Assembly: GCF_009914755.1 (NCBI RefSeq)
Contig: NC_060947.1
Length of the DNA stretch: 64,000 nucleotides
Strand: one strand, 5' to 3'
Source of the DNA: the human T2T-CHM13v2.0 reference genome, Homo sapiens
The notes under the pieces are model-generated. The model was not told the DNA's origin and did not search any database. It was given only the letters and a program-made list of their open reading frames with translations. Shown here in pieces: positions 22,080 through 41,160 of the stretch; within the stretch, counting starts at the first letter, position 1; every line of letters begins with the position of its first letter. A program made the position numbers and the translations under genes.

Positions 22080-22700
22080 AGCCGGGCCTCTGAAGCGCGC
22101 CGTGGAAGACGCAGTTGTGAGGATATACGTGGCAATTAAAAATAATTGGCAAGCAGGTCTCGTTCAGCCCTTCGGAGAATGCAGCGACCATATAATGATG
22201 TTTCATTAGCCATGCTGTACACTGCACGCTCCGTATGGCACTCACAATTAAACAGCCTCATAAAGGAGAGAAGGAGGGAAGAGAGAAACATGAAAAAACC
22301 CAAAATACCCCAGCTCAGATTAGCATTGCATGTAATCGGCACTTCATTAGCTAATTGATTTCTTATTAGTTACAGGCAGTGGCCCAGCTAGGGCTTCTGC
22401 ACACGTCATTAGCTGCATTTACACCGTTATGCGGATGCTCGTTTTGTAGCTAAACATTCCTGGAATCAAGGGTGCCTCTGTTGCTTACGGCAATTGCACT
22501 CACTTTATTTTATGTTTTCTTGCTAATGTTGGCTTAACCTCCAAATCAAAAATTCTCTCCCCCTGGAGTGGGGGGGAGCCTCACCAGATTTAATCACAAC
22601 GTTCAACACAGAGAAACAGGCCACGTCATCCGATCTGAGCTCAGCTACGTCTTGTTTGCTGTGTTTTATTTTCAGCTTGTTTTATGGCTCGCCGGAAAAA
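22080..22700. promoter_or_regulatory. Candidate developmental enhancer / conserved non-coding element
   Basis: Repeat-free island with more than 10 TAAT/ATTA cores (e.g. cattagctaattgatttcttattag) plus ctcataaa and tttatggc; conservation not tested. Confidence 0.4.
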
Positions 22701-23029
22701 GCCAGCCGTCTTCCCCGGGGACAGTCATCTCTGGACAGGGTGCATGTCCCCCCTCACGACGTCCAATGTCACCACGGCTGCATGTCGCACCTTGCAGATG
22801 GACAGCTGTAGGCCTGACCACACCTGTCTTTAAATGCTTCTTGGGGTGTTGGGGGGGGGGGGAAGTTTGCAGAGGTCTGAAATTCACAGGTAACCGTCTC
22901 TCTCCATGGCACAGAAATGGATTGCGAACTGGCGTCGGCCACGGAGAGGCTGCTTGGACCTCAGTGTAGGATTACTTTTGGTTATACGATATTTTATAAG
23001 CATATATAATTTGGTTTTCTGATTTTGGG

Positions 23030-24564
<1,535 letters not shown>

Positions 24565-24759
24565 GCCTTCTATTGTTTTAAATTTTGCAGAATCTCAGTC
24601 ATGGGAGGCCACCCTCTTTGTGGGGGTGATCGAGGGTGTTTGCTGTATGGACGAAGGTGTGGATGAAAATGTTTCCATTTGAAGACACTCACGGACAGTC
24701 AATGGGCTGAATTCTGCCCCCCGCCTCACAAGACTCATGTATTGACAACCTAACGTCGA

Positions 24760-25509
<750 letters not shown>

Positions 25510-26197
25510 CTAGAAGTCAGTCCTGAAAGAGGCCCTCAGCAAAAAACATCAACTAGTAGCAATAAGGGATAGGCAGAATCTATAAAACAGAATTTTATAA
25601 AGTAACTCACTGCACTCAGATAAAATGCGCTGTAAGAAAAATGTCACTAATTTATATTAACTATGAATAACACCATTCTCCACGACTGAACAGCAGGTAT
25701 TACAGAACGTTACAAAAATACGCTTACTTTCCATGAGTATGATATTGGATACTTCCAAAGTTTTGATGAATAGTGCTTGGGTGGAAAATCTGATTATTTG
25801 ATAGACAATCACAATCTCACATTTTCAGATGCAAAAAAAAAAAAGTGCTTCTAAGCTACGGAAAGTCTTGCTTTCTTAAGTAATTCCAGCTTCTCTCCTG
25901 AAATCTTTACACAGTTAATTTACTCAGTCTTTGGTTAATAGCCTGTGCTAAGATAAATTTCTGCGTAAATTCTGAATTTATGAGATCCCAAGTAATGAAG
26001 TTTTATTGAAGAGACATCCCGTTCCTGATATAATTTTAATGTCATCATCATCAATTATGTTCCTAGTCCAATAGCCCTAACCTTGCAAAATTTATTTCCA
26101 TCAAACGAACAAAAGTCACACACACACAAACACACACACACACACAGAGGATTCATTAAGAGCGGCAAAGATAAAATCATTACCACATCCATCTTGA

Positions 26198-28650
<2,453 letters not shown>

Positions 28651-28652
28651 TG

Positions 28653-29251
28653 CATCTATCTATCTACCATTCTATCTTTCGATCTATCTACCTACCTACC
28701 GACCTATCTACCAGTCATCTTATCTATCATATTCTCTATCTACCTATTATCCACCTACCTATCTACCTACCTACCAACCATCTTTCTACCATATTCTCTG
28801 TCTACCTATCCGTCCATCCATCTACCTACCAATCATCTTTATCTATCATATTATCTATCTATTCATCTATGTGTCTATCTACCTACCTAGCTAACTGTCT
28901 TCCAATCATCTTATCTGTCATATTCTCTTATCTACCTATTATCCATCTACCTATCTACCTACCTACCAATAATCTTTCTACCTATGTATCATATTCTCTA
29001 TATCTATCTATCTACCTGTCTATCATATACCTACCTACCTATCTATCTACCAGTCATCTTATCTATCCATCATATTATCTGTCTACCTATTTATCTATCC
29101 ATCTATGTATCAATCATCTTTATCTATCATATTATCTATCATCTATCATGTATCAATATATCATCTGTCATCTATCTATTTTCTATCATCTTCTCTATCT
29201 TATTCTCTATCTATCTCTCTACCTACCAATCAGCTTATCTATCAACCATAT

Positions 29252-29308
<57 letters not shown>

Positions 29309-29385
29309 CCTATCTATCTATCATCTTCTCTATCATATTCTGTATCTACCTGTCTCTACCTACCAATCGGCTTATCTATCAACCA

Positions 29386-29418
<33 letters not shown>

Positions 29419-29498
29419 CCTATCTATCATCTTCTCTATCGTATTCTGTATCTACCTGTCTCTCTACCTACCAATCAGCTTATCTATCAACCATATTC

Positions 29499-29539
<41 letters not shown>

Positions 29540-29590
29540 TATCTTATCTATCTATTATCTGTCTATCTACTTGTCTTCCTATCTATCTGA
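28653..29590. repeat. Degenerate (TCTA)n tract containing pure TCTA runs
   Basis: Directly visible. Confidence 0.97.
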
Positions 29591-29634
29591 AACTCTATGT
29601 TTAAAACTCTGACTTCTAAAAACATTATAATAGA

Positions 29635-29780
29635 CATTATTAATGAACACCTATTGTATGCCAGCCTTTGCTTATCTTATTTCTTTTTCTTCATGCCTGT
29701 TTTGAAAGATAGATATTATCCCTGTTTTGCAAAGTGATGTTCAGAAATAAATGGTTTGACAAGAGTCACATTAGCCAATA
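29635..29780. mobile_element. MIR-like relic
   Basis: tgaacacctattgtatgccag...tattatccctgttttgcaaa...caagagtcaca. Confidence 0.5.
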
Positions 29781-29870
29781 AACCCTTCAGCCTGGTTCAG
29801 TCTTGAAGCTTTCTGAGGATGAAGATAGCTTTACTACACCATTGGTTTACCAAGTAGGGATGATGTGAGG

Positions 29871-30174
29871 GTGTTTGTTTGTTTGTTTGTTTGAGACAGA
29901 GTCTCACTCTGTCACCGCAGGCTGGGGTGCAGTGGCGCGATCTCGGCTCATGCAACTTCCACCTCCCAGGTTCAAGCAATTCTCCTGCTTCAGCCTCCCA
30001 AGTAGCTGGGATTACAGGAACTCACCGCCATGCCTGGCTAATTTTTGTGTTTTTAGTAGAGACGGGGTTTCACCACGTTGGCCAGGCTGGTCTCAAACTC
30101 CTGACCTTAGGTGATCCACCCACCTCGGCCTCCCAAATTGCTGGGATTACAGGCATGAGCCACCGCGCCCGACC
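29871..30174 (-). mobile_element. AluS
   Basis: Full dimer with (TTTG)n tail. Confidence 0.93.
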
Positions 30175-30261
30175 GAGGGTTCATGTTTAAAATGCAGATT
30201 CCCTTAGACGTTGGTGTGCCTGCACGTGCGTGTGACTATAAAGAAACAGAATGAGAAAAAT

Positions 30262-30395
30262 TGGGGGAGGCGATAGAACTATTCTGTATCTCGAACATGA
30301 TGCCATTTACATGTTTCAAAAATGTGTTGAAGTTCATAGAACTGCATATCATGAAAATCAATTTTATAGTATGATAATTTAAAATGTATTTTTTT
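30262..30395 (+). mobile_element. Old L1 (L1ME-like) 3' end fragment
   Basis: gggaggcgatagaactattctgtatctcga...tcatagaactgca...aattttatagtatgataattt. Confidence 0.55.
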
Positions 30396-31064
30396 TGAAA
30401 ATGTAAAAAACAAAAAAAGCAGATTCCTAAATCCTATTCCAACCCTACTGAAACATAATCTCTCTTTTAAACAAGATGCCACATAACGGACACACTTCCC
30501 GAGAATGTAAAGTCTTATTCTGCATTCATCAGAAGGTGAATGTCTACAAGGCCTATTTTATTGAATTTTTTTTTGTTACCTGCATGCATTCTTTCCATCT
30601 TCAGCGAAAGATGCAAAACGTATATTTGTAAATTAACTTTCCTGAAACTCCCCTCTGACCACCATTGTTTCCCCGCTAAGTGCGATTTTTATCCACAGTG
30701 ATCCTTCCATGGTTTTTGCCAGGTGGCAGCGTTTTGATCAAAAGGACGCCTTTCATGTCAAATAAATAAACCATCGCGTCTCACGGTTGTCCAGATTCCT
30801 GCTCGGTTTTTACAAAGCTTCTTTCAACTGGTGCCTGCAAGCCTTTCTCCGGGCATTTTCTTTCTACAACGGGTTGGATGTACACGGATCAAACTGAAAG
30901 GAGAGGGAGGAGGAAGCGTGCGTGATGAGCCAGGAAAGATGCTTTAGGTATGTGACTGTTAGAGCCCGGTGACATGAGGTGATACAGAGTCTGTGACTGC
31001 ACTGTGCCAACGCCCTCGTGAAAATCAATATTCCTGTAACTGATTCTGCAACTTGGAATGACGT

Positions 31065-31573
<509 letters not shown>

Positions 31574-31619
31574 CGGACTCAAATTTTTCTCCACTCTTCT
31601 CATGTCCAGAGAAGACAGC

Positions 31620-31718
31620 AAAGGCATAATTTGTATTAACTTTGAGATTACCAATAAATTTTGGTGAATAAGCAAATTTGCAAATACAGAGTCTGTCCAC
31701 AATGAGGAAGTACTGTAC
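31620..31718. mobile_element. MER82-like (Tigger) terminal fragment
   Basis: aataaattttggtgaataagcaaatttgcaaatacagagtctgtccacaatgagga. Confidence 0.55.
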
Positions 31719-31803
31719 CCATGAAGACTACAGGGCCCTAAAAAATTGCTATGCAATGGGATCCCTAATATTGCTCTCTCAGGTGAGTAGGAGCTGCCCC
31801 CAT

Positions 31804-32020
31804 TGTGGTCTGAATGTAGGGCTCTTTCCCAAATTCTTATGTTGAACTCTTCATCCCCAAGATGATGACGTTAAGAAGTGGGGCCTTTGGGGGGTGATGA
31901 GGTCATGAGAGCGGAGCCTTCTGAATGGGATTAGTGCCCTTATAAAAGGGATCCTAGAGAGCTCACTTGTCCCTTCCACCGTGTGAGGACACACCAAGAA
32001 GTCACCGTCTATGAAACAGG
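31804..32020 (+). mobile_element. MLT1A-like MaLR LTR, 5' half
   Basis: tgtggtctgaatg...ggggcctttggggg...aatgggattagtgcccttataaaag...tgtgaggacaca. Confidence 0.85.
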
Positions 32021-33890
32021 ATAGGTAGGTGGGTGGATGGATGAGTGAATGGATGGATGGAAGAGTGGACAAATGGATGGATGATGGATGGGTGAGTGGG
32101 TGGATTAATTGTTGTATAGATGGATAGATGGTTGGATGGATAGACGGATGAGCAGGTGAATGGATGGATGAATGGATGAGTGGATGGGTGGATGGAAGAG
32201 TGGACAGATGGATGGGTGAGTGGGTGGATTAATGGTTACATAGATGGCTGGATGGGCTGACGGATGCATGATGGATAAGCAGATGAGTGGATGGATGAAT
32301 GGATGGGTGAATGGATGGATGGGTGGATGGGTGGATGGAAGAGTGGACAGATGGATGGGTGAGTGGGTGGATTAATGGTTACATAGATGGCTGGATGGGC
32401 TGACGGATGCATGATGGATAAGCAGATGAGTGGATGGATGAATGGATGGGTGAATGGATGGATGGGTGGGTGGGTGGATGGAAGAGTGGACAGATGGATG
32501 GGTGAGTGGGTGGACTAAAGGTTGTATAGATGGCTAGATGGACAGATGGATGAGCAGATGAGTGGATGGATGAATGGATGGATGAATGGATGGAGGGATG
32601 GATGGATGGATAGATGGATGGAAGTGTGGACAGACGGATGGGTGAGTGGGTGGATTAATGATTGTATAGATGGCTGGATGGGTAGATGGATGCATGATGG
32701 ATGAGTAGATGAATAGACGGATGAATGGATGGGTGGATGGATGGATGGAAGAGTGGACAGATGGATGAGTGAGTGGGTAGATTAATGGTTGTATAGATGG
32801 TTGGATGGATAGATGGATGCATGATGGATGAGCAGATGCGTGGATGGATGGAATGATGGGTGGATGGGTGTATGCATGGATGGATAGATGGATAGCTGGA
32901 TGAGTGGATGGATGGATGGGTGGATTAATGGTTGTATAGATGGCTGGATGGGTAGATGGATGTATGATGGATAAGCAGATGACTGGATGGATGGATGGGT
33001 GGATGGGTGTATGGATGGATGGATGGGTGGATGGATAGCTGGATGGGTGGATGGATGGGTGAATTAATGGATGATGGATGATGGATGAGTGAATGGGTAG
33101 ATGGGTGGGTGGATAGATGATAAATGGGAATGGGTGGATGGATGGGTGGTAGATAGATTGATGAGTGGATAGATGGATACATGATAGATGGGTGGATGGG
33201 TGGATCAATGGGCAGATAGATGGATGAGTGGATAGGTGTATAGATGGGTGTAGGGGTAGAGGAATGGATTGATGATGGATGGGATGATGGATGGATAATG
33301 AATGAGTGGATGGGTGGATGGATGAATGGGTGAATGAGTGGATGGATGGGTGGATGAGTGGATCAATGGGCAGGTGGATGAGTGGATGAAAGGTTAGATG
33401 AGTGGATGGATGGGTGTATGAGTAGATAGATGGATGAATGATGAATGATTGGATAGATGGATGGGTGGGTGGATGCATGGATGGATGGATGGGTATATGA
33501 GTAGATGGATGGATGGTGGATGGATAAATGGATGGATGATGGATGAGTTAATGGGTGGATAGATGGATGGACAGATGGGTGGATGCATGGATGGATGGGT
33601 GGATGGATGGATGGGTGGGTAGGTGGATGGATGGATAGGTGGGTAGGTGAATGAGTGGATGGCTGGGTGGATAAATGAGTGGATGGATGAATGGGTGGAC
33701 AGATAAGTGGATGGGTCGATTAGTAAATGGATGTATGGATGGACGGATGTGTTTGTGAATGGAAAGATGGATGAATGGATAAGTAGGTGGGTGGATGGTT
33801 GTATGAATGAATAGGTGGATGCATAGGTGAATGGATGAATGAACAGGTGGATGGGTATGTGGATGAACGAGAGATAGATGAGTAGATAAG
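32020..33890. repeat. Degenerate (GGAT)n tract with a ~130-145 bp higher-order unit
   Basis: gaagagtggac landmark at ~32060, 32194, 32338, 32481, 32621 (variant), 32748. Confidence 0.96.
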
Positions 33891-34063
33891 TCCAGACATG
33901 ATTTTTACTCTATGTGTTCCTGTTTACTTTGCCTTTGCCTCGTCGTCTTCCAAGACAATATATTGGTTTGCAGATATTCAGGAAATTATTTTAGAAATGT
34001 GCTTTGGGAACAACATAGACACACTCTGAATAAAGGCAGAGTCCTCCTAAAGAAGACTCATGT

Positions 34064-34678
34064 CTTTTTTTTTATTATTATACTTTAAGTTTTAGGGTAC
34101 ATGTGCACAACGTGCAGGTTCGTTACATATGTATACATGTGCCATGTTGGTGTGCTGCACCCATTAACTCATCATTTAACATTAGGTATCTCTCCTAATG
34201 CTATCCCTCCCCCATCCCCACACCCCACAACAGGCCCTGGTGTGTGATGTTCCCCACGCTGTGTCCATGTGTTCTCATTGTTCATTTCCCACCTATGAGT
34301 GAGAAAATGCGGTGTTTGGTTTTTAGTCCTTGTGATAGTTTGCTGAGAATGATGGTTTCCAGCTTCATCCATTTCCCTACAAAGGACATAAAATCATCAT
34401 TTTTTATGGCTGCATAGTATTCCATGGTGTATATGTGCCACATTTTCTTTATCCAGTTTATCATTGTTGGACATTCGGGTTGGTTCCAAGTCTTTGCTAT
34501 TGTGAATAGTGCCTCAATAAACATACGTGTGCATGTGTCTTTATAGCAGCATGATTTATACTCCTTTGGGTATATATCCAGTAATGGGATGGCTGGGTCA
34601 AATGGTATTTCTAGTTCTAGATCCCTGAGGAATCGCCACACTGACTTCCGCAATGGTTGAACTAGTTTACAGTCCCAG
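34064..34678 (-). mobile_element. 5'-truncated L1PA (ORF2 C-terminus plus 3' UTR)
   Basis: ORF 34282-34725 reads WDCKLVQPLRKSVWRFLRDLELEIPFDPAIPLL...HRIFSLIGG; TSD gaagactcat(g/t)tctt; carries GAG rather than the Ta-subset ACA. Confidence 0.96.
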
Positions 34679-34689
34679 GAAGACTCATT

Positions 34690-35280
34690 TCTTATCCACT
34701 CCCCCGAGATAACTGCCATTGTCACTTAATACCCTTCCAGAACATTTTCCACACATTTAGACACATTTGGACCTGTTGTTGCATGTGTGTGACTTGTGAA
34801 AACATTCATAGAGTCACGTTGTATTGTTGCTTGTAGATTCCCCAAGTTACTTTTCTCACTCAACAACCTGTGTTGGAGATATTCCCCACCAGCACACAGA
34901 GGTCCACTTTCTCATTTTATCTGTTCGATGTGATCCACAGTATGGATCCATCAAGTCCCCCGTTGGGCGAACAATTAGAGTCTGCCCGTTTTTCTGCTAT
35001 CAGAGTCATTGCTGCAACAAGCATGCTTCCCCATGCTACGTCGTGCCTGAGTATGAGAGTTTCTCCAGGGTAGACACTTAGAAGTGGGATTGCCTGGTCA
35101 GAAGAAAACCTGCACTTAATTGTCGTGGACAGCACTGACTTTCCCTCCAATCTGTGGTTCCAATTTCCCATCCCACATAAGGAGATAATTGCCTTACATC
35201 CTGCAACCACTTGCCACGATCACACTTTGCAATGTTTTTGCTATTATAAGCAATTGAGCAATGACACGCTCTTTTCTTTT
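34690..35280 (-). mobile_element. Ancient L1 (L1ME-like) relic
   Basis: ttttctcactcaacaacc...gagagtttctccagggtagacacttagaagtgggattgc. Confidence 0.65.
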
Positions 35281-35544
35281 TAACTTGTAAAAATTTATTA
35301 TAGAAAGGAAAAGGCAGAGAACAGCCATAGAAAGGACAAATAATGGCATGTGTTACTAGTCATTCCTGTTAGGAAATTAACAGGGGAAACAGTGTAGGAA
35401 ATGCTACTTGTGATGATAGTACTGCAATGTATTGAATACTTACCATGTGCAATGAGACAGTCTTGTCTCTGCTGCCTCATAAGACTCTCTCAGCTGCCTG
35501 CACTCCCTATAGTGCTGCTAACATTGTGTTTTACACAGCCATAT

Positions 35545-37649
35545 ACAGATATAAAAATTATATAATATATATTTTATAGATAATATAATTATATATAACT
35601 ATATAAAATTACATAATATATAATAAATTATATATTATAGATAATATATAATAATTATAAATATAGATAATATATAATAATTATAAATATTATAGATAAT
35701 ATATAATAATTACATATTATAGATAATATACAATAATTACATATTATAGCTAATATATAATAATTACATATTATAGATAATATGTAATAATTATAAATAT
35801 TATAGATAATATATAATTACATATTATAGATAATATATAATAATTATAAATATTATAGATAATATATAATAATTACATATTATAGATAATATACAATAAT
35901 TACATATTATAGATAATATATAATAATTACATATTATAGATAATATATAATAATTACATATTATAGATAATATATAATAATTATAAATATTATAGATAAT
36001 ATATAATAATTACATATTATAGATAATATATAATAATTATATTATAGATAATATATAATAATTACATATTATAGATAATATATAATAATTATATTATAGA
36101 TAATATATGATAATTATATATTATAGATAATATATGAAAATAATTATATATTATAGATAATATATGATAATTATATATTACAGATAATATATGATAATTA
36201 TATATTATAGATAATATATGATAATTATATATTATAGATAATATATAATTACATACAATATATATTTTATATAAAATATATAATTACATATATTTTATAT
36301 AAATATATAATTACATATATTTTATATAATATATAATTACATATATTATATAAAATATATAATTACATATAATACATCTTTTATATAAAATATATATTAT
36401 ATATAACATATAATTATAATATATTATATAACTATATCTTTTATAATATAAAATATTATATATAATATATAATATATAATTATATATTATACATGCTTAT
36501 AAAATATAATATATAGTATATTATGTTATCAAATATATAATATATTATATGATATATAATATAATATATAATTATATATTATATATGCTTACAAAATATA
36601 TTATAAAATATAATATATAGCATATTTTATATTATCAAATATATTATATAATATATAATATCATATATTATCATCTATATCATATATATCAATTACATAT
36701 ATCATATATAAAATATAATATATAATATATATTGTATAATATAATATATGATATAATGTATTATATCATGTATAATATATCATGTATAATATATTATATT
36801 ATATCATGTATAATATAATATATCATGTAATAATATAATATATTATATCATGTATAATATAATATATTATATCATGTATAATATAATACACATTATATAT
36901 TATATCATGTATAATATAATACACATTATATATTATATCATGTATAATATAATACACATTATATATTATATCATGTATAATATAATACACATTATATATT
37001 ATATCATGTATAATATAATACACATTATATATTATATCATGTATTATATAATACACATTATATATTATATCATGTATTATATAATACACATTATATATTA
37101 TATCATGTATTATATAATACACATTATATATTATATCGTGTATTATATAATATATAGTATATTGTATCGTGTATTATATAATATATAGTATATTGTATCG
37201 TGTATTATATAATATATAGTATATTGTATCGTGTATTATATAATATATAGTATATTGTATCGTGTATTATATAATATATAGTATATTGTATCGTGTATTA
37301 TATAATACATAGTATATTATATCGTGTATTATATAATACATAGTATATTATATCGTGTATTATATAATACATAGTATATTATATCGTGTATTATATAATA
37401 CATAGTATATTATATCGTGTATTATATAATACATAGTATATTATATCGTGTATTATATAATATATAGTATATTATATCGTGTATTATATAATATATAGTA
37501 TATTATATCGTGTATTATATAATATATAGTATATTATATCGTGTATTATATAATATATGATATAATATATAATTATATAAAAATATATAATTATATATTA
37601 TATATAAAACGATGTATACATAAAATATATATATACACACTATATATAT

Positions 37650-37650
<1 letters not shown>
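35545..37650. repeat. AT-rich compound minisatellite (27-, 33- and 31-bp unit domains)
   Basis: tattatagataatatataataattaca; tatcatgtataatataatacacattatatatta; tatcgtgtattatataata(t/c)atagtatatt(g/a). Confidence 0.95.
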
Positions 37651-38500
<850 letters not shown>

Positions 38501-39015
38501 GGGGAAGAAACCCAAAAAAACAGAGAAAGAATAAACTATCATAATGCTTAATTTTGTGTGCATTTATTTAGCAGTGGGAACCAAATTGGCCTCCCCTAGG
38601 TAATTCAGCTATTCGTCTGAATTATGTGGGTTACTGTGTTACAGTCATCTCTTGTTTGATTTTAGTGAAACTGACTTAATTTTGCATACAAAAGCTGGTT
38701 CTAGGATCCTACCCCCCCAAGACAGGTTAGTTATGACGGGCAATCTCTCGACCTCATGCCTGACATCTTACATGTGTCGAGAAATCAAGAAGGTCGAAAT
38801 ATAAGTGGAGAGGTTGACGCTCCATTCTGGGGCAGCCCTGTAACTGTCCACCAATGTTGTGTCTGAGCTGGGCTGTGTCCGCGAGCTTCCTGTTGTATTC
38901 TAGGGGCTCATAAGTTCAGAAAGATACTCAAATGGGGAGTTTTGTCCTGATGAAACCCAGGATGGAATACAGGACAAAAAATACATTAATATTTGAGTCT
39001 TCTTAAGAAAGTCTA

Positions 39016-39315
39016 GGCCGGGCGCGGTGGCTCACGCCTGTAACCCCAGCACTTTGGGAGGCCGAGGATGGAGGATCGCCTGAGGTCAGGTGTTCGAGAC
39101 CAGCCTGGCCAACATGGTGAAACCCTCTTTCTACTAAGGATACGAAAATTAGCCAGGAGTTGGGGCGGGTTCCTGTCATCCCAGCTACTCGGGAGGCTGA
39201 GGCAGGAGAATTGCTTGAATCCTGGGAGGCGGAGGTTGCAGTGAGCTGAGATTGTGCCACTGCACTCCAGCCTGGATGATGACAAACTCTGTCTCAAAAC
39301 AAAACAAAACAAAAA
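39016..39315 (+). mobile_element. AluS
   Basis: Full dimer. Confidence 0.94.
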
Positions 39316-39904
39316 GTGGAAACTGGAAACAGCTTTTATGCTCTTTTATTTCAATAGTTTACAGAACCCAGGATGGTATCCAATGAGAGCTTGCATTCAG
39401 GCATGGGGAAGACACCGTTGAGAAGAATGAAAATGATTACAATCATGCAGAAAAAGAAACTTGGGCACCCAAAACACACCCAGGAAAATGAGGGAAGGGA
39501 AAGTATTTGAATTTGACTAGCAATGACAAGCCGCAGATACATGAGCTCAGAGGACTGTGGCTGGACAGACATCAAGGGTGGACAGAACCCAGCCTGTCAG
39601 GACTGACACCCTAGGGTTGTCCGTCTACAAATCGGCTCCTGATTGGTCTACCGGGGACTGTGGTCCACGGTCATTGAAAAATATGTCATGGAGGCTCCAC
39701 GTACACTCAAGCTGTGGGCAGACAGTTCCATGATGGGACTGCACCTCGTATCAGAAAGGGCCTCCCATCCTCCCCTTCTTTAATTCCACCCTCCTGACTT
39801 CCGACTACTTCACTCCATACAACCACATGTCCTCAAGACAATGGGCAACGGATGCCGTTTGGTTCAGTGGAGGCAAGAAACATGATTTATGAATGTTGTT
39901 TACG

Positions 39905-41160
39905 TTTTAACAATTTAAATTTATGTTTATTATATTAAACATAATTTTATATTTTTATAATGAATATAAAAATATTTATTATATTTTAAATAGTTTAAAA
40001 ATATTATGAAATTATTTTAATTTTATACATATATTAAACATATTTGTATTTCTATAAAATATATAAAAGTATATATTTATAATTTTTAAAATATAAAATT
40101 ATTTTAATTTTATAAATATATAGTTTTCATAAATATATTAATAAACATATTTCTATTTTATAAAATATATAAAATTATATATTTATAATTTTATAATAGA
40201 TCTAATAAATATATTATAATATCATATAACATATTATATATCATAATATATAGCTAATAAATATAATATATAATATATACTAAAATATTTAATAAAGATG
40301 TTTTTAAATATAAAATACATATTATTTATTTATAGAAATACATATTTTATATATTTATAATTAACATATAAAATATTGGTATAAAATAATTTATTAAAAT
40401 AATTTAAATTTTCATAATTTAAATTTATATTTATTATATTAAATGTAATAACTTCATATTTTTATAATTAATATAAAATATTTATTAAATAATAATTTAT
40501 TCTAAAAGCTCTCAGAATTTCAAAGCTAATATTTGACTTTTAAAAAAAATTAAGTGCTAAGTTTGTATAAAAATTTTAATATGACATAAAATTTATATTT
40601 CTATAATTAATATAAAAATATTTATTGTATTTTTAATAAATAATTTTGAAAATATTAATTGTATTTTTAATATTTTGAAAATATTACAAAAATATTTTAA
40701 TTTTATAATATGTTAACAAATATGTTAAATATAGTTACAATTTTATAAATATATTATAATAAATATATTAAATATATTATAAATATAAATATATAATATA
40801 ACAAATATGTTAAAATATAAATATATAACACATATATTAAAATATTAGAAAATATATTAATTGTATTTTAAAGATTTTATAGGTTTATAATTAATATGTA
40901 AAATATTTATTAAAATAATTTATTATAATTATTTAATTTTAATAATTTAAATTTAAATTTATTATATTAAATATAATAATTTTATATTTTACAATTAATA
41001 TGAAAATATTTATTAAGTAATAATTTATTCTGACAGCTCTCAGAATTTCAAAGCTAATACTTGACTTGTTTCTTTAAAAAAACTAAACTATTTGACTTGC
41101 TTCTTAAAAAAAAAACAAGCACTAAGAGTTTGTATAAAAAATCTTAATATGACATAAAAA
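39905..41160. repeat. Extremely AT-rich tract with ~0.5-kb periodic duplication
   Basis: aatttaaattta..tttattatattaaa at ~39912, 40417, 40945; gctctcagaatttcaaagctaata at ~40508 and ~41036. Confidence 0.85.

Noticed and set aside
34282-34725. 147-aa ORF with real protein similarity
   Set aside because: It is the C-terminal remnant of L1 ORF2p in a ~600-bp 5'-truncated L1PA, not a functional gene.
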